Of a stretch of 64,000 bases of DNA, positions 56,336-64,000 are shown piece by piece. The notes under the pieces were generated by a model. It was not told where the DNA came from. It saw only the letters and a program-made list of their open reading frames with translations, and made no database searches. The position numbers and the translations under genes were made by a program. The stretch is taken from sequence record OR413575.1; one strand, written 5' to 3'. How positions within the stretch are numbered: the stretch's first letter is position 1; every line of letters begins with the position of its first letter.

Positions 56336-57871
56336 ATGCAAATCATTACTCCACTCTGGCAGGATGTATTGACGAACCATCTCAATCGCCTGTACCAACA
56401 AGAATGGGCTAATTCTGATTTATTGTTTAGTCACAACCCTCATTACCCATTACGTGAACGGGTAAAGGTTATTGACGTGTCTGGTGTTGGTATATACCAG
56501 AACATGAACGTATTCCAGATAGTCCCTTACGACGTCTCAGATTACTTCTCAGGCGTCCCTGTAATTATTCATGCAGAACATACATTGTCCGGAACAGAGC
56601 TCTTAGAACAGCTTACAGACCGTTATGGTATTGTATTCGACCCAGAGATAGATCTGGATCAGAGTTTTGTTGTAGGAGAATATAAACCAGGTGATGATGT
56701 TGAGATCGTTATCTCTCCAAAATCATTTATCTGGACAGGGAAGATCGTTGTTCGTATCCGTGAAACGATTAACGATTTAAACTATGCGGTCAGAGTACGT
56801 GACCTGGATGCTCTCGTTATTCCAGATATTATCGAACCTGATACGCAGTCGTTGAAATTAATCTTGACTCCGGTCGTTATTAAAGATGTAGATGTACGCC
56901 GTGCATTTACTAATAATGAAGGAGTCCTGATGACCGGCGCATTACTCGACAAGTTAATGATTGATATTGTTGAGTCTGCCGTTATTGCTCCGGAATATTA
57001 CAACGAACTTTTTACGCTGTTAAATGGTCAAACATTTGTTAATACGGTTATCACCGAAGACGTATTAATTGAATCGCATACTGTCAGTCCATTACGTAGC
57101 GAGCACTTCTCTGGTACACCATCGTTTACTTGCGAACCGTACACTCAGAAACCAAACTTGTCAGTGGAGATACCTCCTATTGACATGTCTACGTTTAAGT
57201 TAGAAGGTAGTCAGTGGCGTGTTTACACAGGGCCGCTTAATACCCAAGACTTGAGTATCGTAGAAGAGCTCCTCAAACTGGCTGTAGAAACAGGAAGTAG
57301 CGAAGTCGTAACTATCAACGATATTATCACTTCGATTCATTCTGAAGGGGTTGAGGGCGTATTTGAAGGGTATAGTGGTCATGTCATGCCGGAGGATTAC
57401 GATACCGGTAAAACTATCATCCTTTTACGTACAGCACCGAACTCCCCGTACAGCGGTTCTATCCGTTTGGAATATCCTGTCGAACGTTTCGTTGTCCACA
57501 TGGAGAAAGGTAAAGACTTCTTCCAAGCAGAAAACTCAGACCCAATTGAGTTAGAAGCCAAACGCTATATCCTAGCAGAAGAAGAACTCCCGTTCCAGTC
57601 GCACAAATACCGTCGTGAATCTCACCTCGGTCGTGTAACAGTATTCAGCTCACTGTTCCTGGATCAGAACTTCATGATTCAAGATACGGTGACAGTTGAA
57701 GACTTGGGTAAATGGAACGAGTACACTAGCAGCGTTAACCCTGTTGCTACTGTCCGTGAACCTAAGGAAGAAACCGAACCTAAAGTCTACTTCATGGAAG
57801 CAGAAGCGGGTGGAACTGTTGATACCGAGAAAGGGAAACCTATCGAGATGGAGAAATCAAGAACGGTATAA
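56336..57871 (+). CDS. virion structural protein (511 aa)
   Basis: GGGGG RBS; LNYAVRVRDLDALVIP motif; C-terminal FMEAEAGGTVDTEKGKPIEMEKS. Confidence 0.65.
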   Translation: MQIITPLWQDVLTNHLNRLYQQEWANSDLLFSHNPHYPLRERVKVIDVSGVGIYQNMNVFQIVPYDVSDYFSGVPVIIHAEHTLSGTELLEQLTDRYGIVFDPEIDLDQSFVVGEYKPGDDVEIVISPKSFIWTGKIVVRIRETINDLNYAVRVRDLDALVIPDIIEPDTQSLKLILTPVVIKDVDVRRAFTNNEGVLMTGALLDKLMIDIVESAVIAPEYYNELFTLLNGQTFVNTVITEDVLIESHTVSPLRSEHFSGTPSFTCEPYTQKPNLSVEIPPIDMSTFKLEGSQWRVYTGPLNTQDLSIVEELLKLAVETGSSEVVTINDIITSIHSEGVEGVFEGYSGHVMPEDYDTGKTIILLRTAPNSPYSGSIRLEYPVERFVVHMEKGKDFFQAENSDPIELEAKRYILAEEELPFQSHKYRRESHLGRVTVFSSLFLDQNFMIQDTVTVEDLGKWNEYTSSVNPVATVREPKEETEPKVYFMEAEAGGTVDTEKGKPIEMEKSRTV

Positions 57872-57876
57872 ATTGT

Positions 57877-57907
57877 AAGGAGCCTACGGGCTCCTTCTTT
57901 TTTTTTT
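57877..57907 (+). terminator. intrinsic terminator
   Basis: AAGGAGCC-tacg-GGCTCCTT plus long T-run. Confidence 0.85.
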
Positions 57908-57957
57908 GTTTGAATCAATGACTTAATATGTAAATTCCTACGATCCTGGTATATAAC

Positions 57958-58548
57958 ATGAACCTTCCAAGATTTAGATCGCTAGGACTGGATCCAGGAT
58001 CTCGTAACCTCGGCTATGGTGTAGTCGATGTAGATCTGGAAACAGTCGTTCATTCTAGACTAATTACTAACGTAACCCATATGGGTAATCTGTTAGTCGA
58101 TAACATGATGCGGTATAACTCCGCCAAATGGTGGCAACGTACTGAACGTCAACAACGTTTGAAGTGCGGTGGCGATTATGCAGTTGGGTTGATTGAAACA
58201 TATCAGCCTGACATTGTAGTATTAGAAGACGCTTATTTAAACCGGCGTCAGCCTCGTAGCTATCGTTCATTATCAGAAGGCTTGATTTATTTAGTAGAGG
58301 CTATTCGCGATTATGATGATACGTTACCAGTATTGATTACTGAAGCGGTACGCGCCAAAAAAGCAGTTGGGGCTAATCCGAAAAAAGGATGCGATCAGAA
58401 ACAAATTGTAAAGGATGCTTTATTAAACAATCGCGACATTATCTTACCTGATGATTTCGAGGAAGAAGCTGAACACGCAATCGATGGCGTAGCTCTTGCT
58501 CAATTTGGAATCAACGAATGGTGGGAAGAGAACAAATATTTTTACTGA
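57958..58548 (+). CDS. ruvC: RuvC-like Holliday junction resolvase
   Basis: LGLDPGSRNLGYGVV, VVLEDAY, KKAVG, HAIDGVALA acidic catalytic pattern. Confidence 0.85.
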   Translation: MNLPRFRSLGLDPGSRNLGYGVVDVDLETVVHSRLITNVTHMGNLLVDNMMRYNSAKWWQRTERQQRLKCGGDYAVGLIETYQPDIVVLEDAYLNRRQPRSYRSLSEGLIYLVEAIRDYDDTLPVLITEAVRAKKAVGANPKKGCDQKQIVKDALLNNRDIILPDDFEEEAEHAIDGVALAQFGINEWWEENKYFY

Positions 58549-58558
58549 GGAGAATTAC

Positions 58559-59200
58559 ATGAGTATGTTTTTGGTAGTAGAGGGGTTGGACTTTAGCGGG
58601 AAATCATCGATGGTTGATGAGCTGGTGAAGTTACTGAACGAGAAAGGTTACCCAGCTATTTCAAGCTACGAACCAGGCGGTACTGCTTTTGGCGATGCTG
58701 TTCGTACTATGGTGAAGAACCCTATCACTCTCTACAATCAGGATCTTACTTCCCTTACTCGTATCGTTATGTTTAACGCAAGTCGGATTGAGAATCTGGA
58801 TAAGGTTATCTTCCCGGCTTTAGAAGAAGGTAAGATCGTTGTATGTGATCGTTTCTGGTGGAGTACTTTAGTCTACTCATCCGTAGAAGACGAGGATCGT
58901 GTTATCGATCTTCACAAACGTTTGCAGAATAACGTGAAACCTAACTTTACGTTCCTTTGCGATCTGGACTATTCAACGTTCATCGAACGTCGTGGGTTCC
59001 GTGGCAAAACAGATGAACTCGAAGACAACCTCTACGAGCATTTCGATTTGATGCGCAACCGTTACCTCAAGCTGGCGGAAAACGACTCTAATTCTATGGT
59101 ACTTGAACAAGGTTTGAGCCCTAAGGAAAAAGCCTTAGTAGCTTACACCAGAATAAAGAGGCGTTTGCAAGATGACCGTAGAAGAACTGCTGAAAGTTAA
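58559..59200 (+). CDS. tmk: thymidylate kinase
   Basis: LVVEGLDFSGKSS P-loop, EPGGT, CDRF, PNFTFLCDLD; GAGGAG RBS before ATG 58559. Confidence 0.9.
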   Translation: MSMFLVVEGLDFSGKSSMVDELVKLLNEKGYPAISSYEPGGTAFGDAVRTMVKNPITLYNQDLTSLTRIVMFNASRIENLDKVIFPALEEGKIVVCDRFWWSTLVYSSVEDEDRVIDLHKRLQNNVKPNFTFLCDLDYSTFIERRGFRGKTDELEDNLYEHFDLMRNRYLKLAENDSNSMVLEQGLSPKEKALVAYTRIKRRLQDDRRRTAES

Positions 59201-59711
59201 GCCCAGCACGTTCGGTGTCACCTATTTAGCGCTTAAGGGAGGGAAACCTCTAATTGTTGCTCTAAGGGAAACAGGAATACCTATTGACCTTGAAGGACAT
59301 ATCACTATTCAACATCTGAGGGGGGCGTTGGTCGCCTTGAATGATGAAGAACGTGCTAAAGCGCTTCAGTGGGAAATTGACACTGAAACAACTGTTCCTG
59401 CACTTGGTAGGAAACAAATGGCTATTGACGAAGACAGGGCTGTCAACCACGTTAATACCGTATATGGATGGACGACTTGCTTAACTACGTTAATGCTTGT
59501 AGGTGCTATCTCCTGGAACATCGTCATGATCGGAGAATATCCGAACCCATGGTTGATGCTTATCATTCTGTTCCCTATCACGATCGCTACGATCTGGTTG
59601 TTAGGTATCCTGAAAGGACGTCAGTCTTTGTTAGGTGTTGTACTGGGTGAAGGCGAAGCTAAGGAAGGTATAGTCCAGGCGGCTATTAAAGGCGTTATTA
59701 ACCGTAAATGA
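59172..59711 (+). CDS. two-TM membrane protein, holin candidate (179 aa)
   Basis: Two hydrophobic segments (TLMLVGAISWNIVMI; WLMLIILFPITIATIWLLGIL); GAGG RBS; adjacent to spanins. Confidence 0.5.
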   Translation: MTVEELLKVKPSTFGVTYLALKGGKPLIVALRETGIPIDLEGHITIQHLRGALVALNDEERAKALQWEIDTETTVPALGRKQMAIDEDRAVNHVNTVYGWTTCLTTLMLVGAISWNIVMIGEYPNPWLMLIILFPITIATIWLLGILKGRQSLLGVVLGEGEAKEGIVQAAIKGVINRK

Positions 59712-59756
59712 CATAAAGGTACCCAGAGGAGCGTAATGCTCCTCTGGGCCTTATGC
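59709..59756. terminator. bidirectional hairpin element, near-identical to 20105..20152
   Basis: CCCAGAGGAGC-gtaat-GCTCCTCTGGG. Confidence 0.8.
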
Positions 59757-59758
59757 TG

Positions 59759-60292
59759 TTACTTTTTGTAACCCATTGATTCGTTGTACTGATCAACCCA
59801 CTTATTGTAATCCTCTACTTGAAGATCGAGCGCGTTGTATCTGGCCATCAAGGTGTTGTAGTCGATCGCGAGCTGGTCTGCTCGTTTGGACTCGGACTTA
59901 ATAGCCCCGCTAAATTCTGCTGAAAGTTCGGCTCGTATCTTGCGGGTAAGTCGTTGTTCTGAATCCTTTCCAACTTTTGAGGACGTAGCTGAGGTTTCAA
60001 CTGGGGCGTTGACGTACACCCAACCATTACCAATGCTGTCAAGACTAGAACTGCCTTTGTTAGCCAGCATTTCGTCCAACCGCCTTTCTTCCTCGATCTT
60101 GCGAATATCATTCTTGTATTCCTCTCTGAACTGAGCGAACTGAGTATCCACACTACGTTGAATCGTTGTTTGGATTAACTCGGTCATTTGATGTTCTACA
60201 CTTGCGCGCACCATACTAGCGAACTTAGATAAGCCCAACCATACAGATGCCACAATTAACAGGACGATCCCCAACGCTGCATATTTACGCAT
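59759..60292 (-). CDS. i-spanin (Rz-like; 177 aa)
   Basis: N-terminal MRK plus single TM helix, long periplasmic coiled coil, embedded lipoprotein ORF. Confidence 0.75.
   Translation of the reverse strand: MRKYAALGIVLLIVASVWLGLSKFASMVRASVEHQMTELIQTTIQRSVDTQFAQFREEYKNDIRKIEEERRLDEMLANKGSSSLDSIGNGWVYVNAPVETSATSSKVGKDSEQRLTRKIRAELSAEFSGAIKSESKRADQLAIDYNTLMARYNALDLQVEDYNKWVDQYNESMGYKK
59848..60111 (-). CDS. o-spanin lipoprotein (Rz1-like) fully embedded in the i-spanin, alternate frame
   Basis: AGAGG RBS before ATG 60111; KAVLVLTALVMVG|C lipobox followed by Pro/Gln-rich chain. Confidence 0.75.
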   Translation of the reverse strand: MIFARSRKKGGWTKCWLTKAVLVLTALVMVGCTSTPQLKPQLRPQKLERIQNNDLPARYEPNFQQNLAGLLSPSPNEQTSSRSTTTP

Positions 60293-61548
60293 TATAAACC
60301 TGCCGTGATTTTAATCTGGCTAGCGTCTGCGTAGTCAACGGGGTGATATCCATACTGCTGGTCTAAAGTAAAGGAATAATCACTCTGAGCCGACTTGTGG
60401 CGCATAGCTCGTTTAGTCAAATAGTTCGGCGCACTGATAACGTAGAAAGATTCACGTTCGTGTACGTTGAACTCCGGAAAATACCCGTGTCCTATGCGGA
60501 TAGGTAGGTCAGGATATGCATGGCCAGCTGTACGGTAAACTCCAGGATCCTGACAATTATCTAACAAAGTAGCACGCACTGTCATCCGTGGCGTATTAAC
60601 AACCACGAAGAAAGATTGTGACATCTTCATTGCCCAACGAATATACTTCTCAGTATAAAGTTCACGACTATCAACCAATTCACCGGTAGCAGTATCCATT
60701 TCTAATGGGAATGTGCTATCGCGATATAACATCTGCCGAGTGGCGTAGAACTGACCTAACAGATCGATGAATCGAAAATTGACTTTAATTTTGTCGCCGC
60801 CAATGAAGTCGAGTACAGGGTCGATGAAGTACAACATACCTGACATTACTAACATTACTGACTTCCCTTGTAGCGACATAGGGAATCTGAAGTATGCTGC
60901 CTTAGCGATATCATGTCCTTCAGCATTCAGTAACATGTCATCAGTGAACGGTACAGCTTCGCAACCGCCTAACGGTTTGAAGTCTAATAACCCTGCACGA
61001 TTATCATTGCCACGTACCATCGTACGACCACCTTCGTAAACAATGATACCCTCAGGTAATGCCTCTGCTAAATGGAATAAACCATTAACTTTGAATACCG
61101 AGTTTTTAACGATGTCGCCGTAGTAATCGATATCTTTATGACTGAGCATAAGATCGATCATCTGATCTGGAGCAAGATCTGCATCCGGATGGAAGTTACG
61201 GTTAATGAGTTTTTGCTGGAACCCATAATCGTTTAGGAACAATGCTCGGACATGGTCAGGATCATTCCCATCTGTGTTCTGATCAGCGGTATCGCTGTAG
61301 AGTTTAATGCTATGGTCAGGCGCAGTACTGAGCCATTGGTTGAGCGTTACATTGCTGGTACGTAACGGTAGCGGTAAGTCATTGATGGAAGTCCACCCGT
61401 ACTCAAATGTATTTGCGTTACTCAACTCAATTAAGAGATTATCGTAACGTAGGAACAGCTCGAATAAAGGTTTAGGACCAGCATCCACATCAACCCAGTC
61501 GCCTAACCCTCGTTTATCGAGGCCCTTGGCGGATAAGAGTGAGTACAT
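60292..61548 (-). CDS. conserved virion structural protein (418 aa)
   Basis: AAGGAG RBS; NSVFKVNGLFH and MSQSFFVVVN motifs recalled from phiKZ-like structural proteins. Confidence 0.6.
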   Translation of the reverse strand: MYSLLSAKGLDKRGLGDWVDVDAGPKPLFELFLRYDNLLIELSNANTFEYGWTSINDLPLPLRTSNVTLNQWLSTAPDHSIKLYSDTADQNTDGNDPDHVRALFLNDYGFQQKLINRNFHPDADLAPDQMIDLMLSHKDIDYYGDIVKNSVFKVNGLFHLAEALPEGIIVYEGGRTMVRGNDNRAGLLDFKPLGGCEAVPFTDDMLLNAEGHDIAKAAYFRFPMSLQGKSVMLVMSGMLYFIDPVLDFIGGDKIKVNFRFIDLLGQFYATRQMLYRDSTFPLEMDTATGELVDSRELYTEKYIRWAMKMSQSFFVVVNTPRMTVRATLLDNCQDPGVYRTAGHAYPDLPIRIGHGYFPEFNVHERESFYVISAPNYLTKRAMRHKSAQSDYSFTLDQQYGYHPVDYADASQIKITAGL

Positions 61549-61571
61549 AGGTGCTCCTTTTCAGTAAATCG

Positions 61572-61596
61572 TATGTCGACATATAAGTTCGAACTT
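61572..61596. promoter_or_regulatory. palindromic divergent late-promoter region
   Basis: TATGTCGACATA (TATG on both strands) next to palindrome AAGTTCGAACTT, between divergent structural genes. Confidence 0.5.
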
Positions 61597-61609
61597 CGTA
61601 GAGGCTAAA

Positions 61610-64000
61610 ATGATCAAACAGTACAAATATGAGTTCGACGCCTACGGAACGGATCCGGCTAACCTGATCCCTGACGAACCTCATACCATTACGCCAGCTA
61701 ATGGTAAGAACTTTGCCTTCTTCATTCCGAAGAAAGCTCCGTTTCACCGTAGAAGCGTGGAGATTCATGACGCTATAACCGGAGTGCGTTTAAATCCCGG
61801 TACAGATTACTACTTCGGCTGGCGATACGATGAAGTAATTCTTGGTGGTGCCGTACAGCCGGTGTACGGCGCTATCGTAATGAACGATCCCGGTAAATAC
61901 CAACAAGTTAAGATTACGTATCAAACTGTTGGTGGTCCTACGGTACTTGATGATCAGGAAATCGCTCAGTTATTAGCGAATACATTACGTGATCCTCGTC
62001 GTGCATTGTGGACTGATATCACGGACGTTCCATCCGAATTACCGCCTGTTCCACATCGTCAGTCTACTGGCGACCTGATTGGTTTCGATGCTCAGGTAGA
62101 AGTTCTGTATAAAATTGCAGATGCTATTGCCGAAGGTAACGTTAAAGCAATGCAGGCTCTGATGGAGCACGTGAAAGATCATCATAACCCGCACAAGATC
62201 ACTTTGGAAGATCTGGGTATTGATGAACTGGGTAACCTGGTACCTGCTACTAAGGAACAAGCAGAGTCCGGTACTGAGAATACTCACTACATGACTTCAT
62301 TGCGTACGGCACAATACTGCGACGCTAAAGTCATTCCTGTTATCCAGGCACATATCGACACTCGTGGTAACCCTCACGGAACGACGAAAGGTGATGTAGG
62401 TCTTGGTCTGGTCGAGAACTATCGTGTTGCATCGATCGAAGAAGCTGAAGCAGGTGTAGCTAATAACCGCTACATGACGCCGCAGTTAACCAAGATCATG
62501 TTGGATGCCATCGTCGAGCCGATGTTGAATCGCCACATCATGGACAAACAAAACCCCCACGGTGTAACTAAGTTACAAGTAGGGTTAGGTAAAGTATCTG
62601 ACTATGCTGATGCAACTAATGCTGAAGCAGGTGAAGGTATTGTAACCAACAAGTTCATGACCCCTGCGCTGACCTCTATTGCTATCAGTGCTCAAGCACC
62701 TAAGGTTATGGAATTCCATACCAAGGATACTGATAACCCGCATAACGTAACTAAGAAACATGTTGGTTTAGAGTTCGTAGAGAACTATAAGGCAGCTACT
62801 GTTCAAGAAGCGATTGCAGGTACAGAGGGGCGCTATATCACTGCTGATGTATTGAAGAAAGTGATTGATGTAGGCGGTGGTGGTTCTGGCGGTCAGGCTT
62901 TAGATGCTCACTTGCAAGATTTCGATAACCCTCACAAAGTCACTAAAGAGCAGATACAGTTAGGTAACGTATCTAACTATGAAGATGCTAAGGCCGAAGA
63001 TGTTATATCATTCGATTTGACCACTCCGACATACATGACTACTGAGTCGATGGCATTGTGGTTAAAAGATGGCGGTGGTTGGGAAAACTTTATTAACCGT
63101 ACGCGGTTAAGTATAGATAAAGTTCAAAACTACGGCATTGCCACTGATTACGACATTCGTGCCGATTCCAACACAGCTTACGCCACACCAGCTACTGTGA
63201 CGAAGATGATGGAGAATAGCGTAATAACTTCTCCAATGTTGACTTCCATGAACATTAACCCGGCTACTTACGAAGGTAAACCATATTCCTTCATTGAAGC
63301 GGAAGAAGTGTACATGGTCGATCCTCGTTGGCGCGGGCTAATGGTGAGTTACGATATCGGCGATGAACTGGATGACTATGCTTACTTCTTCACGGACTAC
63401 GAACTGAACGGGAATAACACGTATAAGGCTAAAGTATCTAACCTCGTACCTGGATTCCATAGTGCTATGGCTATCCTTACTGCAGAAGATGAGGAAGGTA
63501 ACTATCACCGTTTAGGACTGTACGTAGAACCTAACGGTTCTGGGCCTGGTACTGTTCACTTGGCCGATCTGACTGGCGGCGAAGTTAAGAAGTTGCCAGG
63601 GACCGAAGTGCCTGTAGATGTAGCATTAAATAATGTTGTTATTGACGTCAGTATCGATAAGACTGCGAAAACGTATAACGTGTTGATTAGCACCGAAGAC
63701 GGGAAACAGTTTGTGTTCAACGGTACTGCTCAATCTATTTACGATGCGCTTGGATTAGAAGGCGATGTAGCCGCTATCAAAGTGGGTGGTACTTATGGTT
63801 TTGCTGTTCAAATCGATAAGACCAATGCAGAGACTAGTGGGATGACATTCTCTTCGGATTGGTTACCTAATACGGAAGACGGCCTTCTTTATAATGTCGA
63901 CAACCGTAAACGCTGGTCATATACAGGCAGGGCATGGCAAGAAGGAGAAATCCTCGGCCCAGATGAAGATCCAACTGCAGTATCGTATCGTCCGGGTACT
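61610..64000 (+). CDS. tail fibre protein, partial (797 codons, open to window end; absent from ORF track)
   Basis: GAGG RBS; translated manually with no stop; MIKQYKYEFDAYGTDPANLIPDE N-terminus; five NPHxxTKxxVGLxxVxNY repeats. Confidence 0.85.
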   Translation, partial: MIKQYKYEFDAYGTDPANLIPDEPHTITPANGKNFAFFIPKKAPFHRRSVEIHDAITGVRLNPGTDYYFGWRYDEVILGGAVQPVYGAIVMNDPGKYQQVKITYQTVGGPTVLDDQEIAQLLANTLRDPRRALWTDITDVPSELPPVPHRQSTGDLIGFDAQVEVLYKIADAIAEGNVKAMQALMEHVKDHHNPHKITLEDLGIDELGNLVPATKEQAESGTENTHYMTSLRTAQYCDAKVIPVIQAHIDTRGNPHGTTKGDVGLGLVENYRVASIEEAEAGVANNRYMTPQLTKIMLDAIVEPMLNRHIMDKQNPHGVTKLQVGLGKVSDYADATNAEAGEGIVTNKFMTPALTSIAISAQAPKVMEFHTKDTDNPHNVTKKHVGLEFVENYKAATVQEAIAGTEGRYITADVLKKVIDVGGGGSGGQALDAHLQDFDNPHKVTKEQIQLGNVSNYEDAKAEDVISFDLTTPTYMTTESMALWLKDGGGWENFINRTRLSIDKVQNYGIATDYDIRADSNTAYATPATVTKMMENSVITSPMLTSMNINPATYEGKPYSFIEAEEVYMVDPRWRGLMVSYDIGDELDDYAYFFTDYELNGNNTYKAKVSNLVPGFHSAMAILTAEDEEGNYHRLGLYVEPNGSGPGTVHLADLTGGEVKKLPGTEVPVDVALNNVVIDVSIDKTAKTYNVLISTEDGKQFVFNGTAQSIYDALGLEGDVAAIKVGGTYGFAVQIDKTNAETSGMTFSSDWLPNTEDGLLYNVDNRKRWSYTGRAWQEGEILGPDEDPTAVSYRPGT

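Noticed and set aside
8825-59711. Other TGA-C stops (1134, 8825, 13702, 20105, 36824, 59709) as readthrough candidates
   Set aside because: The C belongs to the GACA hairpin envelope; in-frame continuation runs into the terminator with no recognisable or repeated peptide, unlike the MCP case
62186-63135. Periodic repeats as a possible CRISPR or DNA repeat array
   Set aside because: Conservation is at the protein level (synonymous variation, in-frame 183-nt period) inside a tail-fibre ORF
1-64000. tRNA, intron, intein, homing endonuclease or transposase
   Set aside because: No cloverleaf, intein C-terminal HN motif, LAGLIDADG/HNH/GIY-YIG motif or interrupted core gene recognised by eye; tRNAscan-SE and Infernal would be needed to confirm

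Overview
This window is a 64-kb segment of a phiKZ-like jumbo phage genome (nucleus-forming, Chimalliviridae-type), probably infecting a gammaproteobacterial/enterobacterial host (inferred from CTG/AAC/CGT/GGT-type codon bias in the head genes). Recognisable core genes: a split virion RNA polymerase beta' C-terminal subunit, a split family-B DNA polymerase, inner-head/ejection proteins, baseplate proteins, DnaB helicase, major capsid protein (MCP), non-virion RNAP beta N-terminal subunit, portal, RuvC, thymidylate kinase, an embedded spanin pair and a repeat-containing tail fibre that runs off the right edge and is missing from the ORF track. phiKZ ortholog assignments come from recalled motifs plus synteny, not from database searches. 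No tRNA, rRNA, CRISPR array, intron, intein or transposase was recognised. The strongest unannotated signals are two translational recoding events. (1) A 55-codon in-frame extension behind the MCP UGA-C stop carries two peptide motifs shared with other virion proteins of this window, with synonymous-site divergence, pointing to stop-codon readthrough. (2) A T-TTT-TTT slippery site links a 615-aa Zn-motif protein to the downstream ORF, a tail-chaperone G/GT-like -1 frameshift. Also notable: a five-member family with an MLESML N-terminal tag, a 16-aa motif shared by six virion reading frames, and a family of intergenic hairpins that includes a copy with an inverted loop.
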